From Patescibacteria group bacterium (lineage in GTDB: Bacteria > Patescibacteriota > Patescibacteriia > Magasanikbacterales > GWA2-37-8): DNA of 64,000 nucleotides. Shown here in pieces: positions 27,621 to 35,675 of the stretch (its first letter is position 1; every line of letters begins with the position of its first letter). Below the pieces are notes generated by a model. The model was not told the origin of the DNA. It made no database searches and saw only the letters and a list, made by a program, of their open reading frames with translations. The stretch is taken from the NCBI GenBank assembly GCA_028705565.1, contig JAQWDH010000003.1, positions 9,371 to 73,370 of the forward strand, written 5' to 3'. The position numbers were made by a program, and so were the translations under genes.

Positions 27621-29087
27621 TTATTCGTTTATTATTGGTTTTAAGGTTGGAAATAAAATAACTTCTTTGACATTGTTTGAGTCGGTAAGAATTTTTACCA
27701 AACGGTCTATGCCCATTCCAAGCCCGGCTGTCGGAGGCATACCGTGCTTGAGCGCGGTTATAAAATCTTCATCATAAGGCATACTTTCCTCATCACCTGC
27801 TTCTTTTAATCTTTCTTGTTCCTTAAAACGCGTTTCTTGTTCTATCGGGTTGTTAAGTTCTGAAAAACCGTTGCAAAGTTCATTGCCCCCGGCGCAAAGC
27901 AATTGCAATCTTTCAACATATCTTTGGTCGTCTTTTTTGCGTTTTGCCAAAGGCGACAGTTCAACAGGATGGTCAATGACAAAAATTGGATTCGTGATTT
28001 TCGGACGGACGAATGTTTTATAAATCTCATCAATCAGTTTTCCTTTTCCGGTATTTTTATCAATGCCGTCTATTTTCATTTCCAATGCTTTTTTACAAAG
28101 CGTTTGTTGTTCAGCATAATCTTCAATATCAATTTTAGCGTATTTTTTAATCAATTCACGCATTGTTTTTCTCGGGTACGGCGGAGTAAAGTCCACATCA
28201 TTCTCCCCTATCTTAAATTTAAGTTCAAGCCCGACAGCTTTGATAAGTTTCGGCAACAGGTCTTCAATCAAATTCATCAAGTCCTCGTAATTCGCGTATG
28301 CCCAATAAAATTCAATTTGCGTGAATTCCGGATTGTGATTGTTGTCTATGCCTTCGTTGCGAAAACATTTCGCGATTTCATACACCTTTTCAAATCCTCC
28401 GACAATAAGCCGTTTAAGATAAAGTTCCGGCGCCACGCGCAGATATAGATCAATGTTTAAAGCGTTGTGATGAGTAGTAAACGGCTTTGCCAAAGCTCCG
28501 CCGTATAGAGTTTGTAAAATAGGGGTTTCAACTTCAAAAAAATCTTTCGCGTCAAAATAATCGCGAATTTCGCGTGTCAGCAAACTTCTTATTTTCGCCA
28601 CGCGCATTGAATCCTCGTTGGCAAGCAAATCCAAGTATCTTTTGCGATAACGAGTTTCTATATCTGAAAGCCCATGAAATTTTTCCGGCAACGGCAAAAG
28701 AGTTTTACTTAAAAGTTCGTATTTTTTTACAAGAATAGTAGTCTCGCCTTTGTGCGTAACGAAAATTTCTCCTTCGGTTTCCACAAAATCCCCCAAGTCA
28801 AAATTTTTAATAAAAAATTTGTAAGATTCTTTTCCCAATTCTTTTTCGGAAAAAGCAGACTGCAATTTACCGGATTCGTCTTTCAGATGGCAAAAACAAA
28901 GTTTACCCATTTCCCGTTTGGAGATTATGCGGCCGGCAGTTTTTACGACGGTTTTTTCATTGCTTTTTCTCGCTTCTTCCAAAGTATCCTTTCTTTTTGT
29001 TTTAGACGGGTATGGTTCAATCCCCGCGTTCTCAATTGTCCTTAAATGTTCCAGCCGCGCATCTTCTTCGTTGAATTGATTTGGCAT
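27621..29087 (-). CDS. lysS: Lysine--tRNA ligase (class II)
   Basis: 'LPEKFHGL.D.ETRYR.RYLDL', 'FRNEGID..HNPEF', 'GMPPTAGLGMGIDRL'. Confidence 0.98.
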   Translation of the reverse strand: MPNQFNEEDARLEHLRTIENAGIEPYPSKTKRKDTLEEARKSNEKTVVKTAGRIISKREMGKLCFCHLKDESGKLQSAFSEKELGKESYKFFIKNFDLGDFVETEGEIFVTHKGETTILVKKYELLSKTLLPLPEKFHGLSDIETRYRKRYLDLLANEDSMRVAKIRSLLTREIRDYFDAKDFFEVETPILQTLYGGALAKPFTTHHNALNIDLYLRVAPELYLKRLIVGGFEKVYEIAKCFRNEGIDNNHNPEFTQIEFYWAYANYEDLMNLIEDLLPKLIKAVGLELKFKIGENDVDFTPPYPRKTMRELIKKYAKIDIEDYAEQQTLCKKALEMKIDGIDKNTGKGKLIDEIYKTFVRPKITNPIFVIDHPVELSPLAKRKKDDQRYVERLQLLCAGGNELCNGFSELNNPIEQETRFKEQERLKEAGDEESMPYDEDFITALKHGMPPTAGLGMGIDRLVKILTDSNNVKEVILFPTLKPIINE

Positions 29088-29185
29088 ATTTTTAGTTAAA
29101 AATACTTTATGAATTATATCCTAAATAGCGCCATAAAGTCAAAACAAGATCGCCCACCCGCTAGACCGATGGACTACAAATGGTC

Positions 29186-29380
29186 TTGACAAAATCGTCA
29201 AAACATACTACGATTACCTATTCTCTTTGACAATAAAATGTCATTGCGAGCGCAGTGAAGCAATCCCGTTGTGTTCAGAAATATTGAGATTGCCGCGCTG
29301 CGCTCGCAATGACAAATTTAAAATCCGCCTTTGCTAAAATTATGGCGTGCAAATCCGCGAAAGCGGATAAAGGAGAAAAA
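29186..29380 (+). promoter_or_regulatory. Promoter, boxA-like motif, hairpin and SD of orphan module 4 (interrupted by a REP doublet)
   Basis: TTGACA(29186)-17-TACGAT; TCTCTTTGACAA 29222-29233; ATCCGC-GAAA-GCGGAT 29353-29368; AAAGGAG before ATG 29381. Confidence 0.6.
29239..29314. repeat. REP-like inverted doublet (TGTCATTGCGAG type)
   Basis: 29-bp arms 29239-29267 and 29286-29314, 25/29 complementary. Confidence 0.85.
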
Positions 29381-29902
29381 ATGAAGAATAAAAATATTGA
29401 TTTGTTAATTGAATGGTATGTAAAAGAAGACGAGAGAAAGAAAAAAAGAAGAAATAATATATTAACAACATCGCTGTTGTTAATTGTAATGAGTGGTATT
29501 GCTTTTTTTTCTTTTTTTTCCGGTTATAATGCCGGAGTTGAGAACGGAGTTAAGATGGCGTTTTCTCCATTTTACTTCAAAGGGCTGAATGCTGGACGCG
29601 GGATGCCGAGAAGTATTTCCGCAGTTCATCACAGTGGAAGGTATAAAATAATATGGGCAATCTCCGTTGTAGACGGAGACGGAGAAAAAAAATATTTTTT
29701 ATTAGAAAAAGAAAGGTTTAGAATTTTTTTCCAGTTAAATAATGAGGAGGCAAAAAAAATTTCCGACTTCAGCGCCGGAATGTCGGAAATTTATATTGAA
29801 AATGGTAAAATTAAAAATATATTTTTTGATTTTACCATTTGTAATTTTTTTCGCCTTTCCGATGGCGAGAAAAAAGTTTTTCAATATTGCCGGTCGGAAT
29901 GA
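29381..29902 (+). CDS. Hypothetical single-TM protein (orphan)
   Basis: SD-linked ATG 29381; basic stretch followed by a TM helix. Confidence 0.7.
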   Translation: MKNKNIDLLIEWYVKEDERKKKRRNNILTTSLLLIVMSGIAFFSFFSGYNAGVENGVKMAFSPFYFKGLNAGRGMPRSISAVHHSGRYKIIWAISVVDGDGEKKYFLLEKERFRIFFQLNNEEAKKISDFSAGMSEIYIENGKIKNIFFDFTICNFFRLSDGEKKVFQYCRSE

Positions 29903-29906
29903 ATAT

Positions 29907-29936
29907 AAAAGCGGGTTTGCAACCCGCTCTTTTTTT
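29907..29936. terminator. Bidirectional intrinsic terminator
   Basis: AAAAGCGGGTT-TGC-AACCCGCTCTTTTTTT between convergent genes. Confidence 0.8.
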
Positions 29937-29942
29937 ATTTGT

Positions 29943-30404
29943 TTAATTAATTTCAATTATCTCGTATGTTTGCTTGCCGGCGGGGACGACTACTTCCATT
30001 TTATCGTCTTTTTTACGCCCCAAAAAAGCCCTTCCAAGAGGCGATTCGTTAGAAATAAGACCTTTTAACGGGTTCGCTTCTTGCGCGCCAACAATCGTGT
30101 ATTCTTTTTTATTACCATTGACTTTAACAGTAGCGGTACTACCAATACTTATTTTATCTTTGCCGTTTTTCGGTTCATCCATCACTTTCGCGTTTTCCAA
30201 AATACGGTCCAATTCCAACAGGCGCGTTTTCGCCCAGGACATATCCTCTCGCGCTTGGTGGTATTCGGCGTTTTCCGAAAGGTCTCCCTGCTGTTTGGCA
30301 TCGTCAATGCGGTTGGCGATTTCCGGAATTTTATTTGTTTTCAATTCATCGTATTCTTTTTTTAATTCCGTAAAACCGCTCGGCGTTAAGTATTGAATAG
30401 ACAT
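29943..30404 (-). CDS. greA: Transcription elongation factor GreA
   Basis: 'GDLSENAEY', 'ISNESPLGRA'. Confidence 0.97.
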   Translation of the reverse strand: MSIQYLTPSGFTELKKEYDELKTNKIPEIANRIDDAKQQGDLSENAEYHQAREDMSWAKTRLLELDRILENAKVMDEPKNGKDKISIGSTATVKVNGNKKEYTIVGAQEANPLKGLISNESPLGRAFLGRKKDDKMEVVVPAGKQTYEIIEIN

Positions 30405-30470
30405 AAAAAATTAAAATAGAAATTAACTCACTGGAGGATATCTGTCGGTTGTTATTTTGCCAATTGGACA

Positions 30471-30498
30471 GAGATTCTTCGCTTTGCTCAGAATGACA
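30471..30498. repeat. Single REP-like element
   Basis: GAGATTCTTCGCTTTGCTCAGAATGACA; same GAGATT...AATGACA frame as the other copies. Confidence 0.7.
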
Positions 30499-30550
30499 AT
30501 TGGCGAAATCCCAAATGAATTCAATAGGATTTAATTTTATCAATATTTTT

Positions 30551-32527
30551 TTATCTTGGCAAATATTTTTTTCCCCACCATGCCAAAAAATCTCTGGCTA
30601 TCGGCATGGAGGCGACGCTTCCCTCCCCGCCCTCTTCCACCAAAATAGTAACGACTATTTGCGGGTCATTATACGGAGCGAACGATGTGAACCACGCGTG
30701 CGTGCTTTTTTTGGAATTCCATTGGGCCGTGCCGGTTTTGCCGGCTGCCATAAACGGCAATGTTTGCAAAAGCTGGCAACTGCCATAAGTTACGCATTCC
30801 CTCATACCTTGCCGCACAACCGCCAAATTTTCCTGTGAAACGAAATTTTCTCGGATTATTTTTGGTTTTATTTTTTCTTCCGTTTGAGTTATCGGGTCAA
30901 TAAATTTATTTCCCAAACGCGGGCTGAATATTTTTCCTCCGTTCGCTATGGCGGATGTCCACACCGCCGCCTGTATCGGAGTAACTGACAAATCCCCCTG
31001 CCCGATTGATAAATTATAAGTATCGCCTATATACCATTGTTCGTTTTTTGTTTCTTCTTTCCATTCTTCGGAAGGCAAAAAACCCTCGCTCTCGCCGGGC
31101 AAGTCAATGTCTGTTTTTTGCGCGAGGTTGAAATCGCGCAAATATTTTAAAAGTCGCGCGAGTCCGAGCCCGTCAAAATTTTTATATCCTCCGCCAACAT
31201 AGAAAAAAAATGTGTTCACCGACCACGCGAGGGCTTTTGTGACATTTGTGGCGCCGTGTCCTCCAACTTTCCAATCAGGAAAAAACCAATCGCCTATTTG
31301 CAGACCGCCTACGCTCATTATGGTTTGTCGCGGTGTGATTATTTTTTCTTCCAGCGCAGCCGCGGCTATAACAGGTTTGACGATTGAACCTGATGGGTAT
31401 GTTCCTGAGATGGCCCTGTTAAAAAGCGGATTATTTTCATCTTTTAAATACGCGTCATAATCTTTTTGAGTTATGCCTCCGGCAAAAAGATTGCTGTCAA
31501 AAGTCGGCCAGCTAACCATAGCCAAAACAGAACCGTCGCGAGGGTCCATCGCTATGGCCGCGGACTTTTTTTTACCGTTTTTCGCGAATGAGTTTTTTAT
31601 CAGTTCTTCCAATTTATTTTGCGCTTCCAAATCAATTGACAAATAAAGATTTTTGCCGGGTGTCGGAGGGTCCTCTGCCAAAACGCTTTGTTCGTGTCCG
31701 AGCGCGTCCACTTCTATTTTTTTCATTCCGTAAGTTCCTCTTAATTCTTTTTCGTAAAATTTTTCCAAACCGATTTTGCCGATATTGTCGGAAATAAGAT
31801 ATCCGCTGTTTTTTAATTCTTCCAGTTCGCTCTCGTTTAACTTTCCCAGATATCCGAGCAAATGCGAAAAACTTAGTCCGCCAATCGCGTTGTCTCCTAT
31901 CAAATATTGCCTTTTTGTGCTTTTACCGATATAAATACCGGGCAAGTCTGCGTTTTGGATATAAAGAGTTATTGCCGTGTTATAATCCAGATTGTCTTTG
32001 ATAAGCAATGATTCGTAATTGTAAAATTTGTATTTTTCCAATAAATTATCAAGATTTTCTTCCGTAATTCCGCTTACTTCTGATATTTTCGCGATTACTT
32101 TTTTTCTTTTTTCTTCGTCAACCGGCAAATCCTGAGGCACGATGGCTAGAATAAAATTCGGAACATTTTGGGTAAGCTCATTGCCAAAACGGTCATAAAT
32201 TATTCCTCTTGCCGCCGATATGGGTTTTAACCTAACGCGATTATTTTCCGCGAGACCGAAATAATAATTTCCGCGCCAAAGTTGAAGGTAAGACACTTTG
32301 AAAAAAATTAAAAAAACGCCTAAAACTATAATTATCACGAGGAAAAAAATTTTGCTTTCTTTTACGCTCGTGCCAAGATAATTTTTTGTTCCGGACGAAG
32401 CCGTTTGTTTTCCGAAAGATTTTTCAAACGCAAAGGATTCTTCCACCCAAGATTTTTTATATTTGCCGTCCAAATCTCTTTTTTCCAAAACGCGGTCATC
32501 AAGAAAAATTTTATTTTTTTCTTCCAT
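30551..32527 (-). CDS. mrdA: Penicillin-binding protein 2
   Basis: TM anchor; 'RGIIYDR'; SxxK 'GSIVK', SxN 'SVN', 'KTGTAQ'; in the mre operon. Confidence 0.95.
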   Translation of the reverse strand: MEEKNKIFLDDRVLEKRDLDGKYKKSWVEESFAFEKSFGKQTASSGTKNYLGTSVKESKIFFLVIIIVLGVFLIFFKVSYLQLWRGNYYFGLAENNRVRLKPISAARGIIYDRFGNELTQNVPNFILAIVPQDLPVDEEKRKKVIAKISEVSGITEENLDNLLEKYKFYNYESLLIKDNLDYNTAITLYIQNADLPGIYIGKSTKRQYLIGDNAIGGLSFSHLLGYLGKLNESELEELKNSGYLISDNIGKIGLEKFYEKELRGTYGMKKIEVDALGHEQSVLAEDPPTPGKNLYLSIDLEAQNKLEELIKNSFAKNGKKKSAAIAMDPRDGSVLAMVSWPTFDSNLFAGGITQKDYDAYLKDENNPLFNRAISGTYPSGSIVKPVIAAAALEEKIITPRQTIMSVGGLQIGDWFFPDWKVGGHGATNVTKALAWSVNTFFFYVGGGYKNFDGLGLARLLKYLRDFNLAQKTDIDLPGESEGFLPSEEWKEETKNEQWYIGDTYNLSIGQGDLSVTPIQAAVWTSAIANGGKIFSPRLGNKFIDPITQTEEKIKPKIIRENFVSQENLAVVRQGMRECVTYGSCQLLQTLPFMAAGKTGTAQWNSKKSTHAWFTSFAPYNDPQIVVTILVEEGGEGSVASMPIARDFLAWWGKKYLPR

Positions 32528-32530
32528 AAA

Positions 32531-33073
32531 TTATTTTTTTTCGTTTTTGTATATATAAGAAGGATTAAAACGCCGGTTGAATTTTAAAAGCAGAACATAA
32601 ATCGTCGTGATAAACAACGAGGTGAACGATATCTCCCACGCGGATTCTTTAAAAAAGTCTCCCACCGGCCATAAAAAATCTTTTTTTTGCGCGACGTTTA
32701 TCGCGTTGGAAAAAAGAAAGTAAAAAACATGAAAAAGTATCATTCCCAAAGTTGAAGAAAGCAACACGACAAAACCCGAGTGCGAAGTAAAAAATTTAAA
32801 GAGAAGAAAACCGACTATCAATAAACTGAAAAAAAACGCAAGCGAACCCGCAGCGAAAAAAGAAGAAGAAAACGACTCAAGAATTAAAGAAATCGGTATG
32901 ATGAGCCATATTGTTTTCACGACAGTTGTAAAAATAAACAATAAAAAAAGAAAAACAAAAATAAAATTTATGAGATTGAACGGATAAGGAAAAAAATCAA
33001 TTATAAAAAACTGGACAATCACAACCAATTCGCAAATAATAAGCCAAAAAACAAAGCGCAAAACCGCTTTCAT
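32531..33073 (-). CDS. MreD-like membrane protein
   Basis: Highly hydrophobic; lies between mreC and mrdA. Confidence 0.7.
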   Translation of the reverse strand: MKAVLRFVFWLIICELVVIVQFFIIDFFPYPFNLINFIFVFLFLLFIFTTVVKTIWLIIPISLILESFSSSFFAAGSLAFFFSLLIVGFLLFKFFTSHSGFVVLLSSTLGMILFHVFYFLFSNAINVAQKKDFLWPVGDFFKESAWEISFTSLFITTIYVLLLKFNRRFNPSYIYKNEKK

Positions 33074-33083
33074 AGTCAAATAG

Positions 33084-33887
33084 TCAATTAGTTAAAAGCA
33101 CGCTTACAAGATAAATTTTTGACAGGTCCGCGGATGGCACGATAATCGCTTGTTGAAACGGCTGATACAGTTCATTTTTTACGGCCGCGATAGCCCCTAT
33201 CAAAAGTCCTTTTGGAATTTCATTTTCCATGCCTGAAGTGACAATTTTATCACCGTTTAAAATCGTTTCGTTTCGCGGAATAAAGTTCATATGAACGCTT
33301 AGCCCATAGCCACCCTCCACGACGCCCAAACTCCCGTCTTTATTTAACGCGACTGCGGCAATTTTACTTTGATTATCGTTTATCAGACGCACAGAAGAAA
33401 TTTCCGCGTCAACTTTTATGATTTTTCCGATTAAAATTCCGTCGCCTGTTATTACCGGCTGATTTACTTTTATTCCTTTTTCAATTCCGGCGTTGATGAT
33501 TAAAATTTTTTCCGCATTTTCAATTCCTTTTCCAATCACATAAGCCCCAACGGATTGTATGGATTTTTTTTCTTTAAAATTTAATTGTTTTTCCAATTCA
33601 ATTTTTTCATTTTCCAAAATTAAAACTTTTGATTCAAGGAATTTTTTACTTTGCGATTCTGACAGACATTGACTGTAATTTTTAAAAAATTCGTCATTGC
33701 CGCTGAAATAAGAATACGCATTTTTGATTTGATTTCCGGATTTATGCAAAAAAGATGAAACAGGCACAACAACCGTCCTCAATCCCCTCCTGACAAAATC
33801 AAGCCACCCGAAAAAATGAAAAAAAATCAGCATAATAAATACTGACAAAAAAAAGACCACCTTCTTTTTATTATTGATTCCTGTCAT
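33084..33887 (-). CDS. mreC: Rod shape-determining protein MreC
   Basis: TM + coiled coil; 'INAG...GI', 'GDKIVTSG', 'PKGLLIG'. Confidence 0.93.
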   Translation of the reverse strand: MTGINNKKKVVFFLSVFIMLIFFHFFGWLDFVRRGLRTVVVPVSSFLHKSGNQIKNAYSYFSGNDEFFKNYSQCLSESQSKKFLESKVLILENEKIELEKQLNFKEKKSIQSVGAYVIGKGIENAEKILIINAGIEKGIKVNQPVITGDGILIGKIIKVDAEISSVRLINDNQSKIAAVALNKDGSLGVVEGGYGLSVHMNFIPRNETILNGDKIVTSGMENEIPKGLLIGAIAAVKNELYQPFQQAIIVPSADLSKIYLVSVLLTN

Positions 33888-33891
33888 AATT

Positions 33892-34932
33892 TTACGCTTT
33901 TTCTAATTTTTCGCTTACTTCATCGTTTAATTCTTGATCGTCAAGCAACATTCCCAATCCGCGAACCACGCCTGTGAGAGGGTCGTCGGCCACGCGCACA
34001 GGAATTTGCAGAGCTCTGGCGACAAGCGAAGAAAATCCGCGCAGAAGCGAACTTCCGCCGGAAAGAAGTATGCCCCTTTCATGAATATCAGCCACCAACT
34101 CCGGAGGCGTATTTTCCAAAACATTTTTTATATTATCAACTATTACACGCAGAGATTTTAACATCGCTTCTCTTATCTGCGAGTCGTTAATCATAATTTC
34201 TCTTGGCAAACCGGTCACCACGTCGCGTCCGCGCATTGGAAACTGCAGCTCTTCGGCAAGTTCCATCGCTGAACCGATTTTTATCTTAATTTCTTCCGCT
34301 TGTTTTTCTCCCAAAAATAAATTACAAGAATCGCGAGCGAATTGTATTATATTACGATTGAGTTCGTCTCCCGCGACCTTGGAAGATTTCCATGTAACCA
34401 CCCCGCTTAAAGATATAACGGCTATTTCGCATGTGCCGCCACCCATTTCCACGATTAAATTTCCAACCGGCTCTCTCACTGGCATACGGGAGCCGATTGC
34501 CGCCGCCATAGCTTCTTTAACCACCAACACCTCTCCTGCGCCGGCGTTTAAAACCGCGTCAGAAATTGCTTTTGTTTCAACTTCCGTTATTTCTAACGGC
34601 GCGCCGATAATCACGCGAGGTCGTGATAAAAATTTATTTCTTCCTTCGGTAGTTTTATCCAAAAAATAACGCAACATTTTTTCAGTCACTTCAAAATCCG
34701 AAATAATCCCCGATACCAAAGGTTTGCTGGTTAAAATATGCGGGGGTGTTTTTCCAAGCATTTCTTTTGCTTCGTTGCCAACCGCCAATATCTGTTCGGT
34801 TCGCGTATTTACGGCCACAACGGTTGGTTCATTAATGACAATGCCGCGTCCCTTGTTGTATATCAAAGTGTTGGCAGTGCCGAGGTCTATACCCAGCTCG
34901 CTTCTGAATTTGCTGAAAAAATTTTTAAACAT
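33892..34932 (-). CDS. mreB: Rod shape-determining protein MreB
   Basis: 'GIDLGTANT', 'INEPTVVA', 'TPPELVADI..RGI.LSGG'. Confidence 0.97.
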   Translation of the reverse strand: MFKNFFSKFRSELGIDLGTANTLIYNKGRGIVINEPTVVAVNTRTEQILAVGNEAKEMLGKTPPHILTSKPLVSGIISDFEVTEKMLRYFLDKTTEGRNKFLSRPRVIIGAPLEITEVETKAISDAVLNAGAGEVLVVKEAMAAAIGSRMPVREPVGNLIVEMGGGTCEIAVISLSGVVTWKSSKVAGDELNRNIIQFARDSCNLFLGEKQAEEIKIKIGSAMELAEELQFPMRGRDVVTGLPREIMINDSQIREAMLKSLRVIVDNIKNVLENTPPELVADIHERGILLSGGSSLLRGFSSLVARALQIPVRVADDPLTGVVRGLGMLLDDQELNDEVSEKLEKA

Positions 34933-35332
34933 AAATTTTCGGGGATGTTTGGTTTTTCGGTAAAACGCTGTAAACGATTCCTTCCAAAACGAAAAATAAA
35001 AGAAAAAGCAGAATAGCCGACCACCAAACGAATATTTTTAATTGTAAAAACAATAAAGACAAGACTGCGATTACGCCAAAAATCGCTCCTTGATAAAAAA
35101 TTCTTTTTATCCTTTTATAAGGCAGCTCCTCGCTTCGGGAAAATTTTTCATTTAAAATTCCGCCAACCGCCGCGAAAGCGCTTGTGAGAGCGAAAAAAAG
35201 AGCGGCGTAAAATAATATAAATCCGAGAGTCCCTGCTTCCTTTGGGTCAAAACTGATTATAACAAAAAACCAGGCAATCCAGCAGATGATTGAACTCGCA
35301 AGCATTAAAGCTAAGTATGAACGAAGAGTCAT
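34925..35332 (-). CDS. Hypothetical 4-TM membrane protein
   Basis: Four hydrophobic helices; overlaps the mreB start. Confidence 0.75.
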   Translation of the reverse strand: MTLRSYLALMLASSIICWIAWFFVIISFDPKEAGTLGFILFYAALFFALTSAFAAVGGILNEKFSRSEELPYKRIKRIFYQGAIFGVIAVLSLLFLQLKIFVWWSAILLFLLFFVLEGIVYSVLPKNQTSPKIYV

Positions 35333-35381
35333 AGTATTTATAGTTTAGCGGTTTTATCGTTTTTTGGCAATGGTCCGCGGA

Positions 35382-35672
35382 TTAAGACATGTATTTTATT
35401 TTTTTTACTTTTTCGGGACTGATTTTTTTGTTTATTAAAGCCACAATCATCAGTTCGTTCAATTTGATTTCTTGCGCCACGACCGAACTTAAACAGGCAA
35501 TTGCCAAAACACAATCTTTGCAATAAATCGCCCGCGCGTATTTTTTTATGTCATCGCTAAAAAATTCCCGCAAGGAATCATTCGCTTTTTCAACAATCAT
35601 GGCCGCGTTGACGCTTCTTATCATCGGGGACGCGGCGGATTTGGCTTTTAAAATTTCAAATAAAGAGTCCAT
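35382..35672 (-). CDS. DUF721/DciA-like helicase loader
   Basis: 96 aa; 'VLAIACLSSVVAQEIKLNE..I...IN' matches the DUF721 pattern. Confidence 0.7.
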   Translation of the reverse strand: MDSLFEILKAKSAASPMIRSVNAAMIVEKANDSLREFFSDDIKKYARAIYCKDCVLAIACLSSVVAQEIKLNELMIVALINKKISPEKVKKIKYMS

Positions 35673-35675
35673 AAA

